Positions 41,624 to 56,700 of a stretch of 64,000 nucleotides of DNA are shown here, in pieces (position 1 is the first letter of the stretch; each line of letters opens with the position of its first letter). The notes below the pieces were generated by a model, which was given only the letters and a program-made list of their open reading frames with translations, did not search any database and was not told the DNA's origin. This DNA is from Tubiluchus corallicola (Eukaryota > Animalia > Priapulida): positions 372,001-436,000 of the forward strand of contig JAQGDQ010000151.1 in the NCBI GenBank assembly GCA_030141605.1. Reading direction: 5' to 3'. The position numbers were made by a program, and so were the translations under genes.

Positions 41624-44600
41624 GCGTTTTCCTCTGTGCTTATGGCCAACTTGCCTGCAATCATATTTGTAGCAGATGAAAACGTTTAGATTCATTTCGT
41701 CAAAAAAGCGTTCGACCATCCAAAGTTAGATATGGTGTATGGCTGACGAGTTTTAGCTATACGCTGACTTGTTTGCGGATTTAAATACGGGGGAAAAGAA
41801 AAAGAAGCTTTGCGTATTTGCGTGAACACATAAAAAAGTGTGTTTTTATAATGTGTATAGCTCATTCATTTTTGTCAAAGTTTCAACCGTAATACATATC
41901 ACGTAGCTAGTTTAAGTCTGCAAGGCTTTTTATATTTGCAGGTTTTAAACTATATGTATATTACTCCTCACACGAAAGTTAAATCTCCTTGCGATAATAG
42001 CTGTGCGCTGATATTAACAACACAACATAAGCTTTTGTACATTCGCTTGTTTTCACTGATGATAAGTTTAGTAGTTAACGTATTTTAAATGGCTACCGTT
42101 ATTTTTTTATTTTAAACATCACATATTGGCTTGAAACAGGCAGTTTCGTATAGCTGATTCATAAATCCTCCTCAACGCACAATTAACATACCATTAAATT
42201 AAATAGGAAATAATAAATAATTAAACGTGAATTCACAAGATATCCTTAGGAATTAATATTGTACATCGTAGAATACAAAATGCTTTACAATTATAAAAAC
42301 ATTAATGAAATTAGTAAATAAAATAATGCCATAGAAGATTAGTTGTTTCAAGTTCGAAAACACTTGAAGTCACAACCTATAATACTTTTCCTGCATTAGT
42401 TCCGTACATAACTCCTGAACAGATTCGCGCTGCAGTGAAACGTTGGTGCTGTAAATGAAATAGTGTGAGTAGAATAACAGCAAAAAACCTACAAAAGCAA
42501 TAAGGTGTGTTAGTTAATAATTAGAACAATGTCCCGTAGACTGCATTTTAGATAGTACTAAAACCAGTATTTACTTACACATTTAATATGTACCTGCTTG
42601 TGTCTCTCTAAACTTATAGCGTTTTCTTGGAAATAATTAATACTTTCATAAAAAACTTATGATTGTGTTTGAAGCTTATCAGTTTGATCAGCTGCAGAGT
42701 TCAACATTGAAAACAGCCGTAGCACTGCTACACAAGTACTACTTTCAGTTGATAATATACTTTTGGTTGTTTAACTTAATTTTCACTCAATTTAAACTAA
42801 ACGAAAATAAGCAAAAGCAGAGCACTGCAAGCTGCTTTGTCGTATTTTGTTCAGGAAGTATTTCCAGCGCTCAATTTGTTTTCATTGAGATCTCCAATTT
42901 ACGAACTGAATTAGAAGAAGGCTCACTTGGTTTTTCATTATTGATACCAGATTCTTGTAAAACAACAAAGCCACTCAAAATGTTGTTAACATCCGATGTT
43001 CAGCTGATACAAAAATCGCAATGCCATTCATCTACTTTAACTACGTGTAGGCATTAGACAAAATAATGTAGAAAAAGGTAATTTTTTTGCGAAAACTCTA
43101 AACCACAATCTTCTTGGGCAAAAGCAAACGCGTGGCATATACATTTTTTAATGCAAATATCCTCAGACAAGGTCAGTAGCATCAGCGGTAAGGGGTACTG
43201 TAGAAAGATGGAAATACGTGTCTGTCCAGAGAAAGAAAATTGTAGGAACTAATTAGCTAGCGAAAGTAGATCCTGCTAAATTTCTTTTTGAAGCGAGCGA
43301 GGTTGCAGTTAACTGGGAAACAGTCCTACAGATAAAAGGCTGGAAGAAAAAATGGAGGTACTTGCATTTGTTCTTCATCTGCTAGCAGAGTGAAAATGTA
43401 AAAAGCAGCAACCAAACGGGGGGTACGAACAAAATTTTGGCGTTGACAAATCGCAAATTAACTTTGAGTTCTGAGATTGTACACAGTAGCTTACAATAAG
43501 AGCTATTTCACGTAAGTCAGGTGGAAAGGCCTCACGTCCGTCCTTTGAGAAAAGTTCACATCTTTTTATGAACTTAATTATTTTAATTTTGTCAATAAGT
43601 GTAAATCCAAGTACGTGGTTCTACATGTACGTGTGAGAAACTTTTAAACAAATTAGGATTTTTCCAATTTAGAAAAAAATTTGAAAAGAGTCGTTGTGTA
43701 ACAGTACAGTATCATACAACAAAAATGCGGATTTAAATAATCACAAAATTCGTCACTGTGTAATATATTTGACGTTATTAAGGAACAATTGTTATGTAAC
43801 AATTTTTGCGTCATTTTGTAATAATTATTAAAATGCATGATGCAAAATACTAATCTGCTGTAGAGTTTGTGAGCTTTGGTTGGATTCTTGCCAGGGTCAG
43901 GATTGCTCTACCTGGGTCAGTTTCTTTCTGTTCCAGCTCCGATAGTGGTCAGTGTCTGGTCTGTCCGAGGTCTGCTTTGTCTGGGGTCTGGTCTACCTAG
44001 TGCAACGTCCATCGAAGGCAGTTGCAATTTTGCACCGGCATACAACATACGACGGACCGAACCAACCATCTTTCTTGGATTTATAATCTTAACTTGCTAT
44101 GTCTTGTATGAAAAATCATTAATTATGTTTTACTTACTAGATTTTTGCACTAGAAACAAACCGCACAAGTACGTATGATCGACTTCTCTGGCTTATTTAT
44201 ACCAGTTTACTTTACAATAGATAATGTTATGGAATTCTCGCTTTACGAGTAAACCTATAACTTGCCCATTCTTTATAGAATGTGTGTTTTTTGGCGTGTG
44301 ATTAGTTTACGATTAGATTAAGTCTAAGAAAGTGTTAACATGTACGCGGTTCCCTGCGCGGCCTTGCGAGTACACGACACGATTCAGCTGCGCGTTTACA
44401 TTGCTGGAACAGAAATTTTCAATAGCATTTACAATCCGGTCCGACCATAAAGTAGTCCCGATAGTCCGACCATAAATATTTATGGTATAAAAAACGTATA
44501 GCTCAAATAAAAAATCATTGCTAAAACAAACATACAAAGCATTAATACTACGATAAAGTCGTAGAATTCGTAACAAATAGGCCCATGACATTTTGCGATT

Positions 44601-45511
44601 TATGATCGCCTCTTCCCAGTGATGTCACTCACTGTCATGTCACCCTAGCGGTCACCCCCTCTCAAGAGGTTTTTTGGTGTTAGTTTTACACGTCATAATA
44701 GCCACATTAAGAAGCAACATAACAATCAACAAGAGGCCCATAAACATGTTAGCAAAGTATGGCTTAAAAAGAAACATGGCGTGCCGCGTGATTCTTAGCA
44801 GCTGACGTGCACGATGCGGAAACTTTCTCCCGCCTTGTTAGCTCGTCTTCTGGCTGACAGGTTATTGACTGACTAATGACAGCAGTAAATTTTCGCAGGC
44901 AAAACTTGTCAAATGGAATCTAAACAAGCTGGTCGGCACAAGCATGGCATTAGGCTCACCAAGGCACGCAAGACTCAGCACTCATACGTCTCCAACTTTT
45001 TAACATTTTCTTCTTAGAAACAGTAAGTTTTAACTACATGCATTCCTTGGTCTGTTTCAAAGAAAAAAGTAGACAGAACTAGAAGCATCCACGACCCAAG
45101 TTCACTCATTTGTTGGATTACCACTGATCTGGCACGTGACATTGATCTTTGATTTACTGACTTCTATACTAATACTACTTTAGTGCCCATGTATGTCCAG
45201 AAATATCATTCCATCGAGCATGGTTATATGTAATAAGATGTGTGTTCTCAAGACAAGACAGTGGAAAGCCATGAACATCCAACATTTGCAAGATGTCTGC
45301 ACGTCAAGCAAACACGTTTTTGCAGGAGGTTTTCACACAGCTTCAGGCAACTGTGCATGGCTTTACATGGCTTCACACTAGTTCAGTAAAACATAATAAA
45401 AAATAAAAATAAGAGAAAAATCTCAATCGTGTTGTTATGCAATTCACGCCAGTAATTTTGTGTGTTAAAATTAGGAAAGCCTATGTAACCATGGCAAATT
45501 GCAAAGCCATA

Positions 45512-46066
45512 TTAAAGGAAAGGCCAAGCCTTCTAGGAAATCAGGCTTTTTCAATTTTCGCGAAAAATGTTGGTAACAAAACTGGAATAAGCGCCGCGTG
45601 TTGTTAGTAAAATGAATTTAAAATCGTGATCACTTCGTGCTTGGGCGCTCCCATTTTCAATGCCCATTCTTCTTCTAATGACGTCATTCGTTTTAAAGAA
45701 AAGTAACGCACTGTCGATCTTCGTCAAAAGTATAATAATTTTTTACAAAAAAGTTAGATAGCTAATTTTGTAATATTTTTGCATGAATATTAGGTAAGCT
45801 GCAGAAATTTAAAGTAATTTAAGCAGTGTGCGCTTACGGAAAGCCACGATGCGCTTATGAAAAGTCACGAAGTCTCCCAGTTACGTCATAATTTTCTAGT
45901 GAATGGCGGCGACCACAAGGCTTTGAAAATTTCTACTCGGAGGCAGTATATTTTAGATTTATGCTTTATAGACGTGTTTTGCAAATTTCTTTGTTATATT
46001 TTTCTAAGTTTAAGTGATAACAGTAAAATAAACCAAACGCACGGGGCGACCTGTTCCTTTCTTTAA
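45512..46066. mobile_element. Possible Kolobok-type non-autonomous DNA transposon
   Basis: Begins TTAA-AGGAAAGG and ends CCTGTTCCTTTCT-TTAA, giving imperfect short TIRs with TTAA flanks. Interior is CpG-enriched with TGACGTCA. Confidence 0.4.
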
Positions 46067-48324
46067 AACGTGGGTGGTAGGTGTTAATCAATCAAGAAGA
46101 AGACGTAATCGACGACGCCAAGCACCATTTCAATATCACTCGCGTAATTTTTGGTTTGTCAATTGATATCGTTACTAGCATAAGTTAGGACTGCCATAAC
46201 TATACCGAAATGCAATTTACAGCCTAGTTCATGTTCAACTAATAATGCTTAAATGACCGTAGCCAAATTCTTGTAATGATTACATTGTAATCAAATGATG
46301 TCGTTTTGCAACAACACGGTAATAAGGTAAATAAGCTAGTCATTTCAAGACTTGTTTTCACATTTACCCAATATTTATTGGATAATGGCCCAGTCAGCGA
46401 AACATTGTTATGCTTTCATTACGCCACAACAAAATGTCGTTTGCTATCAATAAGATAATGCTTTAACGGCTATGATAATAATTGTAATTTCAAGAAAGTT
46501 GTGCAATCACACAGTCTGTAAATGGCCACAAAGTAACACAGTTAGTTAGGAACTCGAAAAGACATCTTCTGTAAGATACGGAAAAATGAATCTTAGCACG
46601 ATTAAAATTTCAAGAGCATGATTCTGTGTCCATGCCTGCTGTCATGATTCTGATGCATTCCAAAGATTTCATGTCATTTAAAAAACATTATGTTATTATC
46701 TGTAAGATTTATCTGTTAACAAGAAATCTTCATCTAGTGTTGGTTGCTACTTGGTCGTTGCTTAATGGTTCAGTGATAAAATATTTATTCCTGATGTCAA
46801 TTTGACTGGAGGCGCATTACAAATCAAGCTACTTAATCACACTGATCTAAGCTGTACATATGCGTTTGAGAAATGAACAAAAAAGTCCACAGTAGTCATT
46901 GTTTTTTGATATAACAACAGAATATTAAAAATAGATTGTTAAAAATTTAAAAAAATTCTGCACGTTTTTTATAAGAATTTTAATTTCCACAAAGTTTATA
47001 GACATCAGAAGACGAGGTGTAGCTTTGGAAAGCAGATTTCAAGAAACTTTTACGACGGAATAATCTGGAACTATCGTAGTTATAAAATTTGTTTTGAAGA
47101 GAGTTTTGCGTAAATTCTGGTTAAGGTCTAGCTAACACATTCCTAAATTTTTATGTGGTTGGCCCATATACCTATACATATAACCATTTTGCACGGCAAG
47201 TGTAAACGTTGTAAAACCGTTTGCTATGTGAAAAGGTTAATAAATGACTTTTCGAAGTCACAAAATTAGCTAGAATTAAAAAGCCGATTTCTTACGCTTT
47301 TCTTCAAGATTTAAGAAAGCGTTTCCAACCTTAATGTATTAATCGATTATTGATTGTCAATCTGAAATACCTATGAAGCGAATAAAACGTTTCGTTCTTC
47401 GTTCATGTGGATTCTATTAATTTTATAAAAAACATTGTCTAAGCATGTTTGTTTCATTTCATTTCAAGTAACATTTTGAAAATTTCAAGCACGGTTTAGG
47501 CGGCATGGGATGCTACGGGAAAAACGTTACGAAATACTGGTCGGTTTTCTATGATTAATTACATTACATGTTCTTTCCTTAATTACTTAATTTGAATTAA
47601 TATATAGGAACTATACTCTAACCACTCTGTGAATCTTTAATCAAACTACATCAATGCGGCACTGCCGGAGTGTTGTGTCTGTTTTTGGTGCTTAATAAGA
47701 CATGACTTTGCCAGATGATTGTGTTTACGTAGCCCAAAGATTTTCTAGATGCACTGCGATTAAGAAAAACACCATACACGACGAATCCTAAGCGCTTTTA
47801 GCGAGAAAGCAAACTAGGTTCAGCAGGAAGGCTGAACTACATTCAGTAACAAGCAATTTTAGCTTTGTTCACTTTTAAATGCATATTGCTTTCATGGTTT
47901 GAAAATTAGCAACATCAAAACTGTGTTGCTTAAGTCAATCTTGTACAAGAATAACATCTAGCCAAGAAAGTAGATTATGTTCAGCAGTAACTGCAGATAA
48001 CTATATGCTAACAAGAAAACATTATTTTTGTGTCGTTTGTTAATGTTTATTCCTCTGAGAATATTCCTGTAAATCCAATGAAACCCAAGATATTCCTAAT
48101 AACCACTTTTTGGCAAAAGCTAATATCCAGCAGTTCATTTTCAAAAGAAATGTTAAACGGCTTGGCTGATTCCAATGAAACGTTTTAAGACAATAGTCTT
48201 GATAAGAACAAATGTGAAAATAGCAAGGTAGTGTACGGTGTTTCTTATTATTAGCATTTCTAAACATACACAAATACCTTATTCAAGATATAACACATGG
48301 TATACTTTTAATTCGTAACTAAAA

Positions 48325-48372
48325 CATGCAGCCATCCTGTTACTAAACAAGCCCAGCTTTGCTTAACTTCTA
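48325..48372 (-). other. 5S rRNA-like fragment (internal control region), probably part of a SINE or a 5S pseudogene
   Basis: The minus strand reads GAAGTTAAGCAAAGCTGGGCTTGTTTAGTAACAGGATGGC, versus 5S GAAGCTAAGCAGGGTCGGGCCTGGTTAGTACTTGGATGGG. The 5' and 3' parts of 5S are not recognisable. Confidence 0.6.
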
Positions 48373-49879
48373 GCTAAGCATTTGGTAACCAATTATTGCT
48401 TATCCTCGCTCTTCCAAAGTTACAAATAATTAATAGTGATCTTGTTCGTCGCCTGTGCAAGTTACAGTTTGGGGTTTTAAGTACAGAAATTTATTATTTG
48501 TGCTTGATGTGTACATAAATGCTAGCTAATGTATGTCTGTACAAGTTACTTTGAGTAGTACGTTTAATGTAAACTGCCCACTGGGAATAAAGCTTAAATC
48601 CCGATTAATGGAAATTAACTACAATACAAATGCTGTTTGTTTTATGTATGTTATGTTTTTTGGGCCAGCTGAATTTTAGGCGAAGATAAGCACTTGGAAA
48701 TATATAAATTGGTGCATGGCAAGGTTGAAGCCATACAGTGCTGTAAGTCGTGTAAGATGAGAGTTGAATTACAGTTAGTAGTTAGTAGTATAATGTGTAC
48801 TATTGTAATCATCTGGACAGCTACAGAAAAAATTGTGAATAGTCCACCAGGGCGTACTACGGTACCCTAAAGACCGTCCCATTTCAAAATTACCCAAAGA
48901 TGTTACTTTTGATACGCTGTTTCTGGCCACGTTTTTCCTTTTGTAAGCTTTTACCTGTACAGAGTATACTGCTCTGGGCATTGTCATATAAAATTCCAGT
49001 ATTAGTGGTCCTGAGAGTGGTGCAATGGCTGAGATGCAGCAGCGCGGGTGATTTTGTGAAGCCAAATTTATGAGAATCGCATTTTATTTTATTAACCATT
49101 ATGGTAACCTAGGCTGGACGGCATTGGATGCTCATAAAAGAGCCAGTAACGATATGGTTGCTAAAGCTAATGTTGTGTGGGGCGGCACTAAAATTCTACC
49201 AAAAAGTCTCCAAGGTTAATTTCGCTCGAATTGCCCGACCGAACCTTTACGCAATTTATGAAGTATATTTATGAATAGTGAAGTACATTTCTCACTCACA
49301 TTTTTTAGCGAACTGGGAGACTAACTTAGTGATCCTCAAATAGGAGGTACTTGATACCCGAGTAGGGGCTGTTTCAGACATAAAGGTAGAAATTTCGGCA
49401 GAGCTAGGGAACGAATTTCAACTCATAATATTAGGGAATAAATTTGTGCAATATGCACAAATTAGCTGCTCTGTAACAATGGGCATTGAATTCAAATGAA
49501 AATTTTGTGTTGCGAGGATTTTGTTATCATCCCTTTTTTCTTTTTGACGGCACTCTAATGAAGCCATTTTGGCCACTTTTTAAGTAAGACCCAAACACGA
49601 GTTTTTAGATTAGCTGACACCAGAAATCGATGACGAATTAAAAAATGAGGGATGGAATTCTGAGGTGACTGGGATTTTGATTACCTCAGCAGTCTAACAT
49701 AAATATGAGGAAGCCGCATACAATGTAGATGTTTTATTAACAAACTTACGCGGTCATGTTTAAAATACTAATTTATGACATAGCAAACACGCGTGTTGAA
49801 GTTAAAAGGGGTTATTTAACCACTTCTAAAGAAGCCATCAAAAGCCATGCAATAAAAACGTCGACCCTAGCAGCTATCA

Positions 49880-50100
49880 GCCTAAAGGCAAGACGAGCAT
49901 GTGTATACAAACTATTCAGCAGCGGCTGCCAGCTAGACAGGAGCAATACCAGTCCTCCAAACACCGTGCTGTCACTTTCACTACATCAAGTGCCACTCTC
50001 TTCAAAAGATGTTGAAGATCAAATAGGATAGACGCTGCCTAATGGATGCCAAAACGTGGCGGCACAGAAATTACTTTTAAATTTGCATGTTCGAGTCCCA
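49880..50100 (-). pseudogene. Decayed SWIM zinc-finger-like coding relic (MULE/ZSWIM-type transposase?)
   Basis: RTCKFKSN/(frameshift)LCRHVLASIRQRLSYLIF...W, then DWYCSCLAGSRC*IVCIHML; both resemble CxC...CxH SWIM motifs. Confidence 0.35.
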
Positions 50101-51947
50101 AAAATAACTGCGGTCGACATGCAGGTTGCGATGATTTTTAAAGGTCAAATAAAGCGTTTTAAAACAGGTGAATGAAACACGAAAACTGCAAAATTAATAT
50201 TGTAGTTTTTCGCTATCCTGAGTCCTATCTACATTCGATTAAGAATATACTGACAGCTATTAAAGCAGCACTGAAACCAAAATATGCATAGGTATCAAAA
50301 TATAATTTAAGAAACTATATTATGAAAACGATGAAAAACTTTGTAGTCTACATGCAAAAACAAGCTGTATTAATATTGCCGTGACATTACTGGTGTGATA
50401 ATCTGTTTGGCCTAAAATGCTGTAAATTTATTTATGTCAGAATGGCCAGATTATCACTAGAACACTAGTACCAATGCTAGTGCTAGTGCTAAAACACCAC
50501 AAATACTTGATGAATCAGCAGGCTTTATTTGATCTAAGGCTGTGGGTCCCTGGCGTGCTTCCTTAACGTGAGAATTTAACACTATCAGAACAGATAGACA
50601 AATAATCAGTTAGCTATGAACTCAATATTATTTAACATAAGCAAAAACGTATTTGAGAAATAAGTAACAAAGATATATTAGAAATTATAGTTTAGCTACT
50701 GTCTTTAATTTTACCCAGGCTTTTTAAATGCACCACAAAACACCATAAACTGTACTTATCGTGAGTCTCTGTGCACACGTTGCCTAGCTAGCTTAACCTC
50801 ATCACTATCGCTGTCGACGGCGGCGTGTACTGGAACAGTCTGACGGCAGGCTTTCCAAGCGGTAACTTCAGGGTCTAACAGCTAGATGATATTGGGCATG
50901 ACATTAACTCCATCAACAGAGGAACGCACGGTACCAAGTCCAGAGTATCTGAAAGCATTGACAGGAAGACTAACCACAAGTTGGTTTTCTGAGTGCTACC
51001 AATAGTTTATTTAAACGACTTGGTCTTCTCCACCATAAACAGCAACTTCCTAAATGACAGACAGCCCAGGATCACAAAAACTAAGTAAAACCATTGCAGA
51101 AGTACTCCGTTTCTGCTGAGGAAATTCCATTAATAAATGCAATATTATCCTTTAAACCAAGAATTGTTAACACTCAAGTAGAGCAACTATATCGCAAAGG
51201 CACATTTTCCACACGCTGCTTTGTGGCCTTTTTCCAGGTAAACCTGTTTGCTCTAAGCTGACTGGCTGCATAATATGTAAAAGGTTGGTTCATCACATAA
51301 ATCTGACCAGTCAAACAGGTCCTAAAGAGTAGCAGCTAAAAATGTCCTTTTTGTCTCCACTCATGATTGGTGGTCAAACTTGCCAAATAAAGAAGCACAC
51401 TTGTCAAGTTCATGTGCCTGGTTTCCTCCTTTAGTAAACAAAGTTGATAGTAGATGGCACTACGCTAGACTGAAGGATAATAATTATATAGCTAACCAAA
51501 ACAAGTATTTCACCTAGTAATACAAAATTAAATTCATTGGCGCTACTCCGCTTAACTTAGCAAACCTAATTGTAGAAATTTTATTCGTACGATAAAATGA
51601 GAGCACTATGGTATAGGGCTGTCACAACTGGTATTTGTATATAATGTAGCATATTTTAGCAATGCACGCGCTAAAAGTGCAAATACAATGCAACTGTATC
51701 AGAATTTTTCTCGCCAAAAATGCGCAGCTTACACCAGAGTACACATCAGAGATGGACAAAAATAATCTTGGAATTCATTAAATAAGGAGGAGTCAATTTA
51801 CTTCTTAAACTGTGACATTATGGAAACCGTAAGACCTGTAAAAGGTCCTCTGTGGCGTTCCGTTAGGCCATGAGAATGAACAATAATGGACTGAGTAATC
51901 AAATCTGCCATTTACAAATAATCTGCTTGCCACAACTTTTTGGATTA

Positions 51948-52370
<423 letters not shown>

Positions 52371-53639
52371 TATATCGGTATTAACAAAACTTCGGCCCCT
52401 GTAGAAAGCAAACAGTGCGACATATTCTTTGTCTAACAGAGTTTATTATTTGTGTGGATAATTACAGAATAATTATATGCAACTATAATTATAAAAGAAG
52501 CGGATACATTTAGTATTATTTGATTACTAAAATAAGAATCACCACTTCTTAAAGGAATTATAAATTGATTATTTCTGCACTTAGGAATCCCTTACCGCAC
52601 TATTTAATAACTAAAACATCCCAATCCATCTATATAAACATAATAAGTATCTTCATAAAGTGGTTTGTCTGGCTTTTTTTTAATTTCTTTCATTTTGTTT
52701 GCGTGAATTAAGAACACAACTTTTGTATTCTTAAGTGGACTTCTTTGGTAATTATTCTTCCTTTAATGTTTCAATTAACCACCGCGTGACGAATATTAAG
52801 CGGCGGCATTAATTATTACTTGAATTACAAACATCTAATAAAAACGCGTTTCGTCGTGAATAAAGTAGATGCATCTGTGCTGTAGTGGATTAAATCGCTG
52901 TCAAAATGCGTCCTTGTGCTTAATGAAGTTATAAAGCTTTATTAGCAATAAACAACCGAGTTTCTTAAAGCCGGTCACAACTAAATATTCGTTTTCAAAA
53001 TCTCGCACACATGGCCGTGTAGGCCCTACTAGTCGGCTTACTGCGTACGTTCAACGATCCTTTCCGGAATTTAAAGCCACACTACACCCTCACTCTAATA
53101 TAAGCTTTTACAACTTAAAGTCCTACTCTCATTACGAATATTCAAATTATTTTTTAAGAAATTCATTGTCAAACTTGTTTCTTTTGATTTTTTATCACGT
53201 CATTGTTATTTGTTAGCGGTATTAAATGTGAAGAACCGTCATTTTTCGTTACGCGAGACGAATGACGTAACGAATACAGTAACGAGGTCACCAAAGATCC
53301 GTAAACATCGGTAACCAAAGACTCTTTCTGCACTACGTACGCCATCATTCTCTTAAACATGACGATCTTTGCACGCGTTCCAGATTCGCTAGAAAAAGGT
53401 AAGTTATTTAATTTATAAGACGTTTTTGTTTAATAACAACTATGAATTCTTTGTGTAATCATAACAATGAGTTTAAAAAATTCAGTGTCTGTTGGGATTA
53501 TGTTGATCTTTAATAAAGGATAACTGCATAAGTGAACTGAAGACACATTAAATTTTAATCAAACACGGATGTCATATGAAATTTTAAAATTAGTTTGTGG
53601 GGTTGAGTGACTGAGAGATTACCTAGGTAGGATGCAAAA

Positions 53640-54080
53640 CAAAAAGAGAAATAAAGATAACGTCCGACGGAGAGAGTGGAAGTGACTGGAAAGTGGGAGA
53701 TAAGCGGAAGGAAAAACGCAAAAAATTAAATGAGAAACGGAAACGAAGTTAAAGCATAGACAAGAAGGAACAAGAGAAAGAAAAAGAGAAAGCGTGAGAA
53801 AAGTAAGTAAAGAAAACAAAGGCATGGGCAAGAGGAGACAAATAAAAAGAGATAGAGGGGAAAAGGGTGGGAGTGAGAGGAAAAAGAAAGAACGAGAAAG
53901 AGCTAGAAAGAAAAATGGAGACAGGAGTACAGAGCAGATGCAACAAGAGAGAAAAAGAGATGTGTGAGACACGTAGGAAGAGTGGACAAAAAAGAGAGAA
54001 AAGGGAGACAGAGGTAGAAAGGGGGCGGAAAGAAAGTGAGAGAGCAAGAGAGAGAGAGAAAGACGGGGAGAGAGAGGGAC
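53640..54080. repeat. Purine-rich (GA) low-complexity tract
   Basis: Directly visible. It generates spurious F/L/S-rich ORFs. Confidence 0.8.
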
Positions 54081-54349
54081 ATATATATATATTATTAAAA
54101 ATCTTTTTTGAAAATGATACAATAAGCACTCTTTTTGCAGGGCACGTAAGTACAAAAATGTTAAATAAATCTTTACTTTATGTACATTAAATAAATTTTT
54201 ACATTAAATTCTTCACAGTTAAAATTTCTTACTAAACAAGCTAACAATACTGCATTACGATTTATTAATTCTAATTACATATCTAATACTTGCGTATAAT
54301 GTTTGTACTGTATATACAAATAGTATATGTTGTAGCTTCTACATACATA

Positions 54350-56600
54350 AATAAACTTACGTTAATGTCACTCGTATATAAACAGTATGCCTGTATAATC
54401 AATTTACGAAAAGATCATTTTGGGTTAGTTCTTTTACAATATCTATATACATTTTCATTATATTAGTATCTCTCTTTCTGTAAACGGTCCGAATATTATT
54501 ATTTTCTAAGCCGCGCTCGAGATTCACTCTTATATCTTGTCTAACAAATGGTAACGGACAATGAAAAATTAAATGTTCTGGGGTTTGACAGCCCAAACCG
54601 CAAACACACAGATCTGAATCAGTTATCCCTATCCTGTATTTAAATGATATGCAGCCTCTTCCAAGTAGAAGAGCCAACGCACTTGTTTCTATAAATCTGT
54701 CATATTTACTATATCTAATGGTGTTGTAAATACAGGAATTATCTTTCGCGGATTACCGGTCAACTGGTTTACATGTTGTATTTTTCGACTCCATAAAACT
54801 TTGATGTATTTATCCACTTCATTTTTATTATATTTGACGTTTGTATTGTCCAAATTACCGACCGTTAACGTATCATTTCGGGCAATTTCTACACCTTTTG
54901 TAATCTTTAAAAGCAATTTAGCTTTTGTTATGTGACTAGCCAAAAATGATTAAAGTAAGGGCCCAGATTACGCAGCTGATCAATAAGTTGAATTTCACAC
55001 CTAACTACATCATCCTCTGGTTTATCTAACGCTTTCATTAAAAATTTGCTGACAATAGACGAGAACTGTATATCGATTGGGGGTAAACCACATATTAATT
55101 CTAATTCAGTTTTAGGCGGACTGTATTTAACGTCAACGGCTGTTTTGAGTATATCATATATAAGGTCGTCGAAAGCCCGTATTTTTGAATCTAGCCAGGA
55201 TGTAGCGGCATACAATAACGAGTGACATTAACTAACAATGGTTTTAGCTAAAGCAGCTATCGTGGCTATCTTTAATCGTTTATATTTAAGACAGAATTTT
55301 TTGATTTTATGCCATTCATTCCAGGCTTTCTGTCTCGTAGTAGTTACTTGCGCCTCAAATTTATGTTCGTAATCAACATTTAATCCTAATACGTTAGTTC
55401 CATTCACATATTTAATTGGTTCATTTCCAAACATTAGATTTGGGGGGTTTGGCTCGTATTTTAACTGCAATGAGTTTTTGCACATTATGGCTTCTGTTTT
55501 ATTTTCGGCGCAGGTAATATTCATACGCCACATGTTACACCACTTAAACAAATTAACACATTGCTCTTGTGCTGCTATATAAGCTTCATTCATAGTCCTG
55601 CCTGCTGCTAGAAATGTGCTGTCGTCGGCATATTTAATTTATGAAAGTTATCTGTCTCAATTGTTTGCAACATATCCGAAACATAGAACACAAATAAAAT
55701 TGGGGACAGCGCAGAACCTTGGGGGTAACCCTTTTTCGACAGGTGATTATTAACTTTTAAACAAATTTTGCGGTCTCTTAGAAATGCGTCCACGAGGTCC
55801 AAGATGTTGCCCCGTAAGCTTTTGTCATACAACTTCGAGATTACACCATCTAACCATACACTGTCGAATGCTTTTTCAAAGTCGCAAAACACTGCAATGC
55901 AGCCTCTTTTCTCGATTAGTTTACTTTGTAGTTTTGAAATTAGTCTCGTCAGATAACGGGCTGTACTACCTCCTGGTCGAAATCCTTCTTGCTCAACATC
56001 TAACAAGTTATTTTCACTAAGAAACAATCGCAATCTGTTTTCTAGAAGCTTTTCAGTCAGTGTGCTAAAATAGGAAGTAATTGTAATCTGCCTATAGTTA
56101 TTGGAGTCACTGTAATTATCCTTAGCTGGTTTCTTGAAGAACACAACCTTTGCATTTTGCCATGGCCACACATTTTGTTCTAAACATATATTTACTAAGT
56201 TCATAAATGTTGCTTTGGCCCAAAAGCCCATGTGACGAATCATCCGTGAATGGCATCCTTCGGTATCAATACTTTTGTTATACATTTATGTGCTCTTTAT
56301 TGCTTTATCAACTTCATCCATTGTGAAGTTATCATTGACCCACAGACGTTCGTTGGGTTGTGGAAGGGGTCGTTGGTTGAAATGGCATACTTCATTAAAC
56401 CATGCTTGGTCGAATATGGGAGCCACTAAAGAACGTTTTGTACAATATGTCACTTTTATCACTATCGTCAATATAATATTTGTTTTGGTATTTCAAAGTT
56501 TCAATGCGCACATCCGATTTCTCTCCGAAAAGTTTACTCTGCATTTTCCAAAATGTTTTACTTTGCGCAATGTTTAAATTGGCTGTGTGTTCTCATTTAC
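54350..56600 (-). mobile_element. 5'-truncated, frameshifted LINE ORF2 (RT plus C-terminal CCHC zinc knuckle); clade unresolved
   Basis: Successive frames give FWKMQSKLF, NYRQITITS, EQEGFRPGGST, VFCDFEKAFDSVW, GYPQGSALSPILF, KYADD (across a frameshift at ~55635), VLGLNVD, LELICGLPPIDI and CVCGLGCQTPEHLIFHCP. Confidence 0.9.
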
Positions 56601-56602
56601 CC

Positions 56603-56611
56603 GAGAGAGAG

Positions 56612-56698
<87 letters not shown>
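56603..56698. repeat. (GA)n microsatellite abutting the LINE 5' truncation point
   Basis: Directly visible. Confidence 0.95.

Positions 56699-56700
<2 letters not shown>

Noticed and set aside
41507-41719. Poly-Tyr ORF
   Set aside because: (AAT)n microsatellite.
47640-47720. Protein tyrosine phosphatase exon (SNYINAA)
   Set aside because: Only a 4-residue match. It is followed by a stop, with no other PTP motifs or splice sites.
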